A stretch of 64,000 bases of DNA from an uncultured Alphaproteobacteria bacterium (GCA_944389095.1 CALXLC010000023.1:84-64083), one strand, 5' to 3'. Shown: positions 46,640 to 56,812, numbered from the stretch's first letter. Translations and numbers: made by a program. The notes: generated from the sequence alone by a model not told the origin.

Positions 46640-48062
46640 CGTTGTTTATTTGCAAAAAATTATTTATCCGGGCGCAACTGCCGAAAACTATTACGTCGAA
46701 GCGGAAAAAACCGAGGTGCTTTTAAAAAAAGGCCGGCTTCCGGATGTCCGCCTGGCCGGGAAATATTCAGGCCCCGAGGTTGCCGTCATTCTGGCTCAGG
46801 AAAAACATCCCGAGCGGGCGGAAAAAGATTACTGCATTCATGCTTATTATGTCGAAGCTTTGCTGGCGGCCGGACTTTGCCCCCGTTTTGTTATCTATGA
46901 CCGGGTAAAAGAACAGCTCGCGCAAATTCGGCCTTCGGGAATTTTGCTCATCGGCGGATGCTTTGATTTGCCCCGGGATTGGTACGCGTCGCCCAAACCG
47001 TCCGAAGATTTGGACAAAAGAGGCGTCGCTTATCTGGAAATGCTTGATTATGCTCAGGAAAACGAACTTCCGTTGCTGGGCATCTGTGCAGGCATGCAGG
47101 CTCTGGCTGGAAAATTCGGCGCTCTTTTGACCAAAGGAATCGAAGGGCACTCGTCAGGCGGCGATGCCGACGCGCATAACGTTCTGCCGGCACCGGGAAG
47201 CCTGCTGGCAGAGATTGCCGGAAACAGCGAATTTATGACGAACTCCAAGCACAGAGAAGCCGTTGTTGATAAAATCTATGACCGGGTAAAAATTACGGCA
47301 AAATCAACGGACGGCGTTGCCGAGGCCGTAGAATTGAAGCAACCTTGGACACATTTTGTTTTGGGCGTGCAATGGCATCCGGAATTTTTTGCCCGCAAGG
47401 GGGACCGCCCTTCTCTGGCCATTTTTGAAAACTTTGCCAGAGAATGCCGTTTGGCGGCGGGGAAGCTGAAAGAGTTGCGGGGAGACCGTTTTGTGGTTGA
47501 TTTGATGTATGCGGGAACAGCCCATAACATAACCGGACGTGCCGTTTACCGGGAAATCGGCTTAGGCAACCGGGCGCTGGTGCACAAAGATTTGTACGAA
47601 AAGCTTTTGCTGTTGATTCCGTTTTTGAAAGAACATCATCTGAAGCTGAAAATTTTTGATGCCTACCGGCCGCCTCTGGCGCATAAAAAACTGTTGGAAG
47701 TTATCCCTCGGCAGGGTTTCTTTGCCCAGGATCCGTCCTCATCTCCGCATTGCAGGGGAACGGCCGTAGACGTTGCTCTTTGCGATGAAAACGGCCGCGA
47801 GCTGCCTTATCCGACCGCCGTTGACGCCTACACGCCGCAATATGCCAAAGATGTTCAGGCCGGGAAGACCGATGCCTTTTTTGAATATCTGCAAAAAGCG
47901 CGCCACGATTATCAGGGTGACGCATCGCCTGAAGCTCTTGCCAACCGAGATGCCCTGAAGCGACTGATGGAACATATCGGTCTTACGGCGCTGCCGCATG
48001 AATGGTGGCATTACGAACTCCCGGACGGACGCAGTGACAAATATCCGGTCATCGATTTTTGA
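46605..48062 (+). CDS. Fusion protein: peptidase C26 (gamma-glutamyl hydrolase / class-I GATase-like) N-domain plus VanX-type D-Ala-D-Ala dipeptidase (M15D) C-domain
   Basis: N-domain: LPLLGICAGMQAL and GVQWHPEF. C-domain: KIFDAYRP, SSPHCRGTAVDVAL and HEWWHYEL (compare VanX DGYRP, SSHSRGSAIDLTL, EWWHY). The start could be the TTG at 46650. Confidence 0.75.
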   Translation: MTTHRSQNSINNVVYLQKIIYPGATAENYYVEAEKTEVLLKKGRLPDVRLAGKYSGPEVAVILAQEKHPERAEKDYCIHAYYVEALLAAGLCPRFVIYDRVKEQLAQIRPSGILLIGGCFDLPRDWYASPKPSEDLDKRGVAYLEMLDYAQENELPLLGICAGMQALAGKFGALLTKGIEGHSSGGDADAHNVLPAPGSLLAEIAGNSEFMTNSKHREAVVDKIYDRVKITAKSTDGVAEAVELKQPWTHFVLGVQWHPEFFARKGDRPSLAIFENFARECRLAAGKLKELRGDRFVVDLMYAGTAHNITGRAVYREIGLGNRALVHKDLYEKLLLLIPFLKEHHLKLKIFDAYRPPLAHKKLLEVIPRQGFFAQDPSSSPHCRGTAVDVALCDENGRELPYPTAVDAYTPQYAKDVQAGKTDAFFEYLQKARHDYQGDASPEALANRDALKRLMEHIGLTALPHEWWHYELPDGRSDKYPVIDF

Positions 48063-48105
48063 CGGCTGAAAAAAACTGCTTGCTGCCAAGCGGTTTTTAT
48101 TAATT

Positions 48106-48588
48106 TTATTTGTCCGGCTGCGGTTCGGCAGATGCCTGTTTTTGTTTGCGGGCCTGATACAAGGCCACAAAATCTATCGGCGTCAGCATCAGCGGAGGCA
48201 GACCGCCGTTGAACAGTGTGTTGCTGACGGCCTGACGGGCATAAGGAAACAACATATGCGGAATTTCAATCATCAGCACGGGTTCCACATGCTCTTTGGG
48301 AACATTAAGGCTGACTATGCCGCTGTAGGTCATTTCCAAAATAAAAAACTTTTCATCTTTAAAATCGCCGTCAATGCGGAAAGTCATATCTACGCAGAAA
48401 AAGTTTTTTTGCAGATTGCGTGCATTGATATCCACATCAATTTTAATTTCCGGCTGTCCGGAAGCACGGTTGAAAATCTCCGGCGCATGGGGAATTTCCA
48501 AAGACATGTCCTTGATATACTGATTGTGCATCATAATTGCGGGGAGCGGCTGCTCCGCCTTCTGAGCCTTAGGGGCTTCCTGGGTCAT
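48106..48588 (-). CDS. secB: Protein-export chaperone SecB
   Basis: 160 aa. YIKDMSLEIPHAP..F... and LFPYARQAVSN....GG.PPLML.PIDF blocks. Confidence 0.88.
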   Translation of the reverse strand: MTQEAPKAQKAEQPLPAIMMHNQYIKDMSLEIPHAPEIFNRASGQPEIKIDVDINARNLQKNFFCVDMTFRIDGDFKDEKFFILEMTYSGIVSLNVPKEHVEPVLMIEIPHMLFPYARQAVSNTLFNGGLPPLMLTPIDFVALYQARKQKQASAEPQPDK

Positions 48589-48722
48589 TCTCTTTCTCCT
48601 TGACGTTTTATATTTCTTATGTTTTTACACTCAAAATTTGTTAAGGTCAAATGATAAAACAGTTGATAAAAGTTATAAATAAGCTATATTTAGGAAGAAC
48701 AAAAGAGAGGAATAAAAAAATA

Positions 48723-49409
48723 ATGATGTCACATCTGGATATTTTGGTTTTGCTGGTGGTCGTTCTGCTTATTTTTCAAAAACTGCGGAGCATTTTGGGG
48801 ACGAATCACGAGGAAAGGCAAATTCACCTCAGCAAGGAAAGCGCCGAGAAATTATATGATATTCTGGCCAAAGAAAACGGCAAGCAATATACGCCGCCGG
48901 CAGAAATGTGCTCTCCGGAAACCGCTGCCGAAGAACTGGTTCCCCAAACGGATGAAACCGAGCTCAGCGATACGGACAAGGCCCTTGCAAAAATTCCGGG
49001 ATTTAACAAAGACAAATTTACCAATAATGCCCGCAACGCTTTTCAAATCGTGACGCAGGCTTTTAACAACGGTGACGTGGAAACACTGGAAATGCTGGTC
49101 AGCAAGCCTATACTGGATAAGTTTCAGGACGTTATCGATAAACGCAAGGCGGACGGTATTACGGCCGAAACCGATTTTATCTGTTTTGACAAGGTCAATA
49201 TCATCAAAGCGGAAATTACCGAAAACGAAACGGCTAAAATCAGCGTCGAATTCGTATCCGAACAGGTAAATGTGCTACGTGATAAAGATGGAAAAGTTCT
49301 GGAAGGAGATGAAAATTATATTCAGAACATCACCGATGTCTGGACCTTTGAACGGGCGTTGAATTCCACCAGTCCCAACTGGATTTTAATTTCGACCAAA
49401 AAACAATGA
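48723..49409 (+). CDS. Tim44-like domain protein
   Basis: N-terminal TM helix (LDILVLLVVVLLIF). C-terminal FNKDKFTNNARNAFQIVTQAFNNGDVETLEMLVS...VWTFER...PNW.L pattern. Divergent from secB, as is common in Alphaproteobacteria. Confidence 0.8.
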   Translation: MMSHLDILVLLVVVLLIFQKLRSILGTNHEERQIHLSKESAEKLYDILAKENGKQYTPPAEMCSPETAAEELVPQTDETELSDTDKALAKIPGFNKDKFTNNARNAFQIVTQAFNNGDVETLEMLVSKPILDKFQDVIDKRKADGITAETDFICFDKVNIIKAEITENETAKISVEFVSEQVNVLRDKDGKVLEGDENYIQNITDVWTFERALNSTSPNWILISTKKQ

Positions 49410-50563
49410 GACGTTTTGTTTTTATTTTGGGCATCAGCCTGCTTTTATTCGGGTGCGGCAAGGAAGAAGCCGGCCCTGAAAAAGTTTCGGGGCAAAAACC
49501 GGCTCTTGAACTTGAAGAAGTTTCTTTCGAAAAATTGGAAGGATTTGACCAAGAGCAGGGGGCCGATTTTATCAAGGCCTGGAAAAAGAGTTGTGCGGCG
49601 GTAGAAAAAACTTCGGGCGACTATCTCGGACAGGCCGAAATTAAAATTCCAAGAGAAGATTATTTGCGCCTTTGCAATCGGTTAAACGAGGTTACGCCGC
49701 GGAATCTCATCTCTTTCATTAAAGCCAACTTCACGCCCTTTCTGGTCAAATATAACGGCAGCAGCGAAGGCAAGTTTACCTCTTATTACGAGGCGGTTAT
49801 TCATGCTTCGCGACAGCCCAGTTCAAAATATAAATATCCGATTTACGGCCGGCCGGACAATCTGATTGAGTTCAATCCGCACGATTTTGATTCCTCCCTG
49901 CCCTCCAAACGTTTGGTCGGGCGCGTGGACGGGACCAGGCTGGTGCCTTATTACGAGCGGCGGGAAATTATGCAGCCCGGTTTTGAAGCCCCGGTTATTT
50001 TGTGGGGAGACAGTTATGTCGATATTTATATTATGCAAATTCAAGGATCTGCAGTTGCCCGTCTGGATGACGGCAGCGAAGAACGAATTGCATATGCCGA
50101 CAATAACGGCCGCGAGTTTCAGGGCATCGGCAGCATTCTGTTGCGCAAAGGTCTGATTAAGCCCGGACAGGCCTCTATGGGCAAAATAAAACAATGGCTT
50201 AATGACAATTACGCCGAAGCGGTTCATCATATGAATGAAAATCAACGCTTTATCTTTCACAGGTTTAATTCTGCCGACGGACCTATCGGCGCTCAGGGGG
50301 TGGCCCTGACCGCCGGGCGTTCGCTGGCCGTCGACCGCAATTTTGTGCCGCTCGGCGCCCTGTTGTGGCTGGAGACCTCAGGCCCCGATAAAGAACCCAT
50401 TCATAAACTGATGGTGGCTCAGGATATCGGGGGCGCCATTAAAGGAGCCGTGCGCGGCGATTATTTTTGGGGCAGCGGCGATGATGACATTTTGCATAAA
50501 GCCGGGCGGATGAATGCCGTCGGACGCTATTTTGTTTTAATTCCCAAAACGGAGAAGAAATAA
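49406..50563 (+). CDS. mltA: Membrane-bound lytic murein transglycosylase A
   Basis: Lipobox LLLFGC, FTSYYEAVIHAS, PIYGRPDNL, and 3D-domain block AQDIGGAIKGAVRGDYFWG. Confidence 0.85.
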   Translation: MRRFVFILGISLLLFGCGKEEAGPEKVSGQKPALELEEVSFEKLEGFDQEQGADFIKAWKKSCAAVEKTSGDYLGQAEIKIPREDYLRLCNRLNEVTPRNLISFIKANFTPFLVKYNGSSEGKFTSYYEAVIHASRQPSSKYKYPIYGRPDNLIEFNPHDFDSSLPSKRLVGRVDGTRLVPYYERREIMQPGFEAPVILWGDSYVDIYIMQIQGSAVARLDDGSEERIAYADNNGREFQGIGSILLRKGLIKPGQASMGKIKQWLNDNYAEAVHHMNENQRFIFHRFNSADGPIGAQGVALTAGRSLAVDRNFVPLGALLWLETSGPDKEPIHKLMVAQDIGGAIKGAVRGDYFWGSGDDDILHKAGRMNAVGRYFVLIPKTEKK

Positions 50564-51114
50564 TGGCTGCAAAAAAGAAAGAAAATCGGGCTGATGCGTT
50601 GATTTATCACGCTCTGAAAAAAGCCATCGAAGAAGATAAGCTGCGGATTTATCTGGATTACGGGAAAATTAACCGTCCGTCTTCGCCGGTTTATAACCCG
50701 TGGGAATCCCTGCTGCCGGTTTTAATTCCGACGCTAATCGGACTGCTTCTGATTACGATGGTCAGTGTTTTGTTCGGGCTGTTGTTTATTGTCGGAATGG
50801 TTTTGATTTATGCGCATGTCGTTAAGAAAAGACTGTTTAAAAAACTTATTGCCCGAACGAAAGATTATCTGACCTCCGGTTATGAACATTGTTGCGATTT
50901 ATGGGAATTCGGCGGCATTGTTCTGGTTAATGCCGAGAATAAAAAAGTCGGCTGCGTGGCTCCGGAAGGCGACTGGAAAGAATTTGTGGTGCAGAATTAT
51001 GCCGATCTGATGGTGGAAAAAGCAAAAGATAAAAATGAGGCTGCCGACGACACGGCAAAACAGGATGAAACCAAAGAGACTTCCGGAAATGAAACAACCG
51101 ACGCAAAGCATTAA
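50563..51114 (+). CDS. Hypothetical two-helix membrane protein
   Basis: The start overlaps the mltA stop (TAATG). Hydrophobic LLPVLIPTLIGLLLITMVSVLFGLLFIVGMVLIY. Confidence 0.55.
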   Translation: MAAKKKENRADALIYHALKKAIEEDKLRIYLDYGKINRPSSPVYNPWESLLPVLIPTLIGLLLITMVSVLFGLLFIVGMVLIYAHVVKKRLFKKLIARTKDYLTSGYEHCCDLWEFGGIVLVNAENKKVGCVAPEGDWKEFVVQNYADLMVEKAKDKNEAADDTAKQDETKETSGNETTDAKH

Positions 51115-51628
51115 TCCCCAAGACGCGGAGGCCTGGGAAGAAGCGCTCAAAGGCGTAAAAAAGCTTCCCGAAACCGAAGAAAAACCGGAAGCTCCGCTGA
51201 TTATCGGAGAAATCCGCCAGACTATTGATTACCGCAATGTTTATCGCGGCAATAAACTGACCCCGCTGAAGGCCGGCGATGTTGACAATATTGACCGGCG
51301 GACTGCCGATAAATTTATCCGCGGCGAATTTAAAATCGAGCGCCGTCTTGATTTGCACGGACAAACGGAGAAAACCGCTTTTGACTTAGTTGAAAGCTTT
51401 GTTAAGAAATCTTATCTGGAGGGTTGCCGCTGTGTTCTGATTATTACCGGCAAGGGAACCCGCAAAGAAAACGATGACTGGTTTGACGTCAGGGGCGTTT
51501 TGAAAGACAGGGTTCCTCAATGGCTGAATACACCTGAATTGCGGCCGTTGATTTTAAGTTTTTGCCATGCCCGGCCATCCGACGGCGGAGACGGCGCTTT
51601 GTACGTTTTGCTGCGCCGAAAACACTAA
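51089..51628 (+). CDS. Smr domain protein
   Basis: LDLHGQTEKTAFDLVESFV...CVLIITGKG...LKDRVPQWL...GGDGALYVLLRR. The start is uncertain (51035 or 51089). Confidence 0.8.
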   Translation: MKQPTQSINPQDAEAWEEALKGVKKLPETEEKPEAPLIIGEIRQTIDYRNVYRGNKLTPLKAGDVDNIDRRTADKFIRGEFKIERRLDLHGQTEKTAFDLVESFVKKSYLEGCRCVLIITGKGTRKENDDWFDVRGVLKDRVPQWLNTPELRPLILSFCHARPSDGGDGALYVLLRRKH

Positions 51629-53394
51629 GCTTTGTTTTTAAACTGGGCGTTATACAATGACCGGTAAGCGCCGTTGCTGATTGACAACAATTGTTCGTGC
51701 GTGCCGTGCTCGACGATTTCACCATCATTTATTACAATGATTTCATCTGCGTTTTGTACGGTTGACAGACGGTGTGCAATAACAAACACGGTGCGATCTT
51801 TCATCAGATTGTCAATAGCTTTTTGCACAACAGCCTCGGCCTTATTATCCAGCGCGGACGTCGCTTCGTCCAAAATGACTATCGGCGCATTTTTGACAAA
51901 GGCCCGGGCAATTGCCAGACGCTGCCGTTGTCCTCCGGACAGCAGCGTTCCTCTTTCCCCGATATCCGTTTCCAGCCCGTCTTCCTGTTCGTCGACAAAT
52001 TCCTTAAGATATGCCATTTCTAGCGCACGGTTGATTTCTTCTTCGGTCGCATCGGGTTTGCCTATCAGAATATTGTCGCGAACCGTTCCCGAAAACAGAA
52101 AATTATCCTGAAAAACAACCGCAATATTGTCGCGCAAACTTGCCAAATTAATATCCCGGATATCCTTACCGTCAATTTTAATGCTTCCGGAACAAACGTC
52201 ATAAAAGCGGGGAATTAAGTTGACCAACGTGGATTTTCCGCCGCCGGAATTGCCGACCAGCGCCGTAGTGGTTCCGGCCTTGACGGTCAGACTGATGTTT
52301 TTGAGAACCGGCGCGTCCTGATGATAGGCAAAACAGACGTTGTCAAACACGATATCTTTTTTGATGCCGCGAAGACCGGTTCGGGCATCGGAAACGATTG
52401 CCGGTTTCAAATTGAGAATATCGGCAATACGCTCAATGGCCAAAAAGGAAACCTGAACCGCACTGAAATTTTTGCCGATATTTTTTATCGGGTTATACAG
52501 CATAATCAACGCCGTAATGAAGGAAACAAAATTTCCGCTGGTAATCGTTCCGTTGACAATCAGGTAGCTGCCAAAACCGATTACCGCGCCGACGCCGATA
52601 GAAACGACGACATGCAGCATCGGTGTCATCCAGGCGGTTTTTTGAATCATTTTTATTGATAACTTGAACAAGGTGGTAATCGTCTGGTCAAACAGCTTAA
52701 AGCAGCGTTCCTGCAAATTATAGGAGGCAATGGTTTTATTTCCGGCGCAGGTTTCGTTGTAATTGTTCAGAATCGTCGATTTTTCCTGCACGGTTTTGTA
52801 AATAACGTCCTTTATCATCCGGCGCACCTGAGCAAGCGGCAACAAAGCGCCGGCCAAAATGACAATGGCAATAATCGACAACTGCCAGGAATTGTATATC
52901 AGCACGCCGATAAGCGACAACGAAGAAAATATCCGCGCGGTAAACAAACGGACGTTTTCTATTAACCCGTTACAGGCCTCGTCGGCATCATTGGAAAAAC
53001 GCTGAATGACATAGCCGGAATCGTTTTTGTCATAATAGGCCGGCTCCATGTACAACAACTTGCGGAACAGGGCCTTTTTGAGATCCATGGTAATTTTGGA
53101 ACCAACCCAGGCATTAAGATATGTTGCCGCGTAATTCAGCGCCCCCTGAACAACCGTAAACGCAACGATTAACAGAGGGATATATGCCGGGGACTTGTCC
53201 GACTTGTCTACCAGCACGATATCCATATATGGTTTGAGTGCCAACGCCACCACCGCATCAAGCGCACCAATGGGAATACACAAAAGAACCGCCAAAACGG
53301 CTCTAAACAAATACGGGCGAATAAACGGCCACATAATCCGATAATGTTCTATGAATTTAAGTTTCGGCGCCTCGGCCGGTTTTTTGCGTCCCAT
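51625..53394 (-). CDS. ABC exporter, fused permease/ATPase (MsbA/ABCB-like)
   Basis: Six-helix TMD followed by an NBD: GNSGGGKST, LSGGQRQRLAIARA, ILDEATSALD. Confidence 0.88.
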   Translation of the reverse strand: MGRKKPAEAPKLKFIEHYRIMWPFIRPYLFRAVLAVLLCIPIGALDAVVALALKPYMDIVLVDKSDKSPAYIPLLIVAFTVVQGALNYAATYLNAWVGSKITMDLKKALFRKLLYMEPAYYDKNDSGYVIQRFSNDADEACNGLIENVRLFTARIFSSLSLIGVLIYNSWQLSIIAIVILAGALLPLAQVRRMIKDVIYKTVQEKSTILNNYNETCAGNKTIASYNLQERCFKLFDQTITTLFKLSIKMIQKTAWMTPMLHVVVSIGVGAVIGFGSYLIVNGTITSGNFVSFITALIMLYNPIKNIGKNFSAVQVSFLAIERIADILNLKPAIVSDARTGLRGIKKDIVFDNVCFAYHQDAPVLKNISLTVKAGTTTALVGNSGGGKSTLVNLIPRFYDVCSGSIKIDGKDIRDINLASLRDNIAVVFQDNFLFSGTVRDNILIGKPDATEEEINRALEMAYLKEFVDEQEDGLETDIGERGTLLSGGQRQRLAIARAFVKNAPIVILDEATSALDNKAEAVVQKAIDNLMKDRTVFVIAHRLSTVQNADEIIVINDGEIVEHGTHEQLLSISNGAYRSLYNAQFKNKA

Positions 53395-53408
53395 AAAAAG
53401 TCCCTAAT

Positions 53409-53846
53409 TCAGATTAAACCCAAAAATTTCAAAATGACATAAACAGCGGCAAATTCCATGATAATCATCAGCTTATAAATCCGCTGATAGCTTTGCTTGG
53501 CCGTTTTGTGGCGAAAAACTTTCTGCGCCAGCCATGCCCCCAGCCAACCGCCCAGAAATTCCAGCGTATGCAGATTGCTTTCGGGAACACGCCATTCCCC
53601 GCGGCGGGCCGCCCGCTTGTCAGCACCGTAAGCCCAAAAGGTCGTCACATTTATCCAAAATGCATGAAAGACGACAAACAGCAGCATGGTTTTTGCTCCA
53701 AAAGCACGCGCCGTAAAATAATGCGTTTCCACAAAATAAGCGCTGCCGACAACCAAGGCCGCTTCAAGCAGAAAAAAACGGTTGCGCCGAAGCGGGGGAA
53801 TTAATGCCGCCAAGCCAAACAAAATGGCAGAAAACGTTATGACCAT
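53409..53846 (-). CDS. DUF1294 membrane protein
   Basis: YGADKRAARRGEWRVPESNLHTLEFLGGWLGAWLAQKVFRHKT is the DUF1294 core as I remember it. Confidence 0.65.
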   Translation of the reverse strand: MVITFSAILFGLAALIPPLRRNRFFLLEAALVVGSAYFVETHYFTARAFGAKTMLLFVVFHAFWINVTTFWAYGADKRAARRGEWRVPESNLHTLEFLGGWLGAWLAQKVFRHKTAKQSYQRIYKLMIIMEFAAVYVILKFLGLI

Positions 53847-54006
53847 GGATAAAAATAAACCTCCGCTGATGCCGTATTGCGTGGGTGAGTTTAGTATAGT
53901 TTTATTTAAATTGCAAATGGTGAATAAGTAAAAAAATATTATGTGAATTTTTTTTATTGTCTTTTATAATTTGTTTATGACGAAACCTTTTGTAAGGATA
54001 AAACGG

Positions 54007-54531
54007 ATGAAAAAATTCTGGCTGAGCGGAATCGTTTTGGCTTTGGCGGCCTGTTCACAACAAAAAATCGAAGGAATAGAACTCCGGGATATTTATATTA
54101 ACGAGCCTTATACGGCGCCGCAAAACAGCCGGATTGAGATTGAGCGGGGAATTACACCGCAGGTATATGCCATTGCGGCTTCGCGGGCAACCAATAAAAT
54201 GCTTGACGATACGGCGGATATTTATGAGAACAACGGTAATACGTTTTTGTTTATTTCAGACGCCAAAAGGGATAGTGATGACATTCCCGACGGTTTTTAC
54301 AAAGCCAATCAGGTCACCAGAGGCATTATTGAAAACTCGCGCACCTATAAAGTTGTCAACAATTTGAATGATGCCGATTATTTTCTTGAGGCGCGGGTTG
54401 CCAATGTCGGCACCTTGGAAACACCGGTCATTTCATATCGGATTATTTTGTTTGACAAGAATAATACCAAGGTCAAAGAATGGACAGAAACCGTCAGGCG
54501 GCTTCGCAATGATGACGGCAGCTGGTGGTAA
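54007..54531 (+). CDS. Lipoprotein, LpoB/COG3417-like
   Basis: Lipobox LALAAC. ATNKMLDD...FLFISDAKRDSDD....VTRGIIENSRTYKVVN resembles the LpoB-type pattern. Confidence 0.4.
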   Translation: MKKFWLSGIVLALAACSQQKIEGIELRDIYINEPYTAPQNSRIEIERGITPQVYAIAASRATNKMLDDTADIYENNGNTFLFISDAKRDSDDIPDGFYKANQVTRGIIENSRTYKVVNNLNDADYFLEARVANVGTLETPVISYRIILFDKNNTKVKEWTETVRRLRNDDGSWW

Positions 54532-54534
54532 GAA

Positions 54535-55551
54535 ATGCGCCGACTGAATCTTTTGTTTTGGGCCTGCGCGGGAAGTTTTTTTGTGTTTCCGGCCGCCGCG
54601 GCGGATTGGACCGAGGAAGGTGACAATATTATTTCTTTGTATGCTCAGGCCTGCGAGGCAGTTAAGCCCGGTGAACCCAAGTCTTCCATCCGGCTGCGGG
54701 CCACGGATAAGGCCAGTTATAAAGCCGTGGAACAAATTGCGGAACTGAGCGATTACCGAAATTCTTTTTCAGGACATGATTTTAATGTTTTGGTCTATCA
54801 TCTGGTGGACAATTATATTGAAGATTTGGCCTCACGCACAATTGAGCAAAACGAAGCAAAAATTTGCGTTGAAGTTACCGGTTATCTGAACAGTGAAAAT
54901 ATCATTAAGGCTCTCAATGAAAATCACGAGCGTTTTGAATTGTCTGCCCGGGAAGCCGATGAAGAAAATCTGCCGGAGGTTCCCGAGTATCCGGACAGCC
55001 TTGACGTGGAGACACAACAGCCTCTGCAACCGGCCGTCAATGACCTTCCTCCCAAACCGGCTCCCGTCATCAGCAAAGAGATTGCCGCAGAAACAGTTTT
55101 GACGGCCGACGCGGACGGGCGGCCGACGGTCTATATTGCCGATACGGAGTTTTTTAATAATACAAAAACCGCTTCTTTTTATGATGAAATCAAAAACGTT
55201 TTGAGCGAAAAGCAAGATATTTCCGTTGTCGGGGAAACGGTTCCGGCGGACTATACCATCCGGGCAAAAGTCCTGCGCGCCAAAGTAGATCCGATAAACA
55301 AGCAAACCAATCGCCTGCAGATGGTGATTGCGGTTGAGCTAACGGACAATGCCGACGGAAGTTCGGTTGTCGAACATCAAAACCGTTTTTTGTTATTTGA
55401 AAGTACAGATAACGAGCAGGCCGTTGCCGGCGGTCTGATGAAAAAACTGCTGAGAAAAGCCGTCGGGCAAATTGCCGGATATATAAAATCCGGAGACAGC
55501 GGCAATCAAAATGCGATTATTACACCGGCGGCGCCAACGTTCCGGCGCTAA
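54535..55551 (+). CDS. Secreted hypothetical protein
   Basis: Signal peptide MRRLNLLFWACAGSFFVFPAAAA. Lies 3 nt after the lipoprotein stop. No family recognised. Confidence 0.55.
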   Translation: MRRLNLLFWACAGSFFVFPAAAADWTEEGDNIISLYAQACEAVKPGEPKSSIRLRATDKASYKAVEQIAELSDYRNSFSGHDFNVLVYHLVDNYIEDLASRTIEQNEAKICVEVTGYLNSENIIKALNENHERFELSAREADEENLPEVPEYPDSLDVETQQPLQPAVNDLPPKPAPVISKEIAAETVLTADADGRPTVYIADTEFFNNTKTASFYDEIKNVLSEKQDISVVGETVPADYTIRAKVLRAKVDPINKQTNRLQMVIAVELTDNADGSSVVEHQNRFLLFESTDNEQAVAGGLMKKLLRKAVGQIAGYIKSGDSGNQNAIITPAAPTFRR

Positions 55552-56357
55552 AAGCCCCAGTCCGACGCTGACGTTTCGGTTGTAAAACCGGAATTTTCCG
55601 TTTCGTCCCAGGCTTCATGATTTTTGATATTCTCCACGCGAACGCTGAAATTATCCAAGGCCGGATATCCGGAAGACTGCCAATAAGCTCCTATTTTGGT
55701 ATTTATTCCGTCTTCAAGCCGGCGACAGAAGGCTTCTTCAAAATTGATATACAAGATAATTTCGATTTCCGGAAAACCGCGGTCGTCATACAAATCATAT
55801 TCATAAGAGCAGAGATATTCGGATATCTGTTCCAAGACCAGACGCGAAATATTCTTAAATTGTTCGGAATTTCCCGCCTGTTTATACACTTCGGCCAAAT
55901 CATACAACACGGCATCATCTCCCGCTTCGGTATAAGGCTGAAGGCGCAGCAACTGACTTAAATCACCGCTCATCAATGCAAATTTGGCCAGCACAGGATA
56001 AAAACCGGCAATATTTAACGACAAATTGTCAAACCGCGATTTTAATAAAATTGCGGCCATATCCAGCATGCCAAGGTTTAGCAGGTTTTCCGTAAAAATC
56101 TCTTCAAAAACGGGATTGAGCTCGCCGCCGATTTCCCAAATTTTATACGCCAGCGCCTTTGCTTTGGTCCGATTACCGAGCATTATTTGTTCAAACATCA
56201 GCGTAATCAGCCCTTCCACGTCATCCTGCCGTCGCTGCAGCGCCGCATAAATCTGCGCTTCTGTCTTCATAATCGCTGCCGTATCACGGTAAGGCGTTCT
56301 GAGCAGGTTCTCCAAAATGCCGCCCCAGGTTTCCAAACTATTTTCGGTATTTTCCAT
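55548..56357 (-). CDS. Hypothetical helical-repeat protein
   Basis: 269-aa ORF, 2 nt downstream of dtd. All-alpha, TPR-like composition. No family recognised. Confidence 0.5.
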   Translation of the reverse strand: MENTENSLETWGGILENLLRTPYRDTAAIMKTEAQIYAALQRRQDDVEGLITLMFEQIMLGNRTKAKALAYKIWEIGGELNPVFEEIFTENLLNLGMLDMAAILLKSRFDNLSLNIAGFYPVLAKFALMSGDLSQLLRLQPYTEAGDDAVLYDLAEVYKQAGNSEQFKNISRLVLEQISEYLCSYEYDLYDDRGFPEIEIILYINFEEAFCRRLEDGINTKIGAYWQSSGYPALDNFSVRVENIKNHEAWDETENSGFTTETSASDWGF

Positions 56358-56359
56358 CT

Positions 56360-56812
56360 TTATTTCTCCCGATGCGTTTTTTCCAAAAGAAAGGTGACCG
56401 GACCATTATTTTGCAACGTTACCTGCATATCGGCCTGAAAAATTCCGGTTTCCACCGGAAGACCGAATTGCCGCAGGCAGGAAACATAATATTCATACAA
56501 AGGTTCGGCTTCTGCCGGTGCCGCCGCGGTTTCAAATCCGGGACGATTGCCACGGCTGGTGTCTCCGGCCAGCGTAAATTGCGATATGACCAACAGGCTC
56601 CCACCGATATCTTCCACCGACAGGTTCATTTTGCCGGCCGCATCTTCAAAAATTCGCAAATGTGCCGTTTTTCTCGCCAGATATTCGGCTTCGGCCGACG
56701 TATCTCCTTTTTGCACCCCCAGCAGAACCAACATTCCTTCGGCACAGGAACCAACCTGTTTTCCGCCGACCTCCACTTTGGCGAAAGCAACCCGCTGTAT
56801 CAACGCCCGCAT
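56360..56812 (-). CDS. dtd: D-aminoacyl-tRNA deacylase
   Basis: MRALIQRV...GMLVLLGV...ISQFTLAGDT..G.RP.F. Confidence 0.9.
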   Translation of the reverse strand: MRALIQRVAFAKVEVGGKQVGSCAEGMLVLLGVQKGDTSAEAEYLARKTAHLRIFEDAAGKMNLSVEDIGGSLLVISQFTLAGDTSRGNRPGFETAAAPAEAEPLYEYYVSCLRQFGLPVETGIFQADMQVTLQNNGPVTFLLEKTHREK

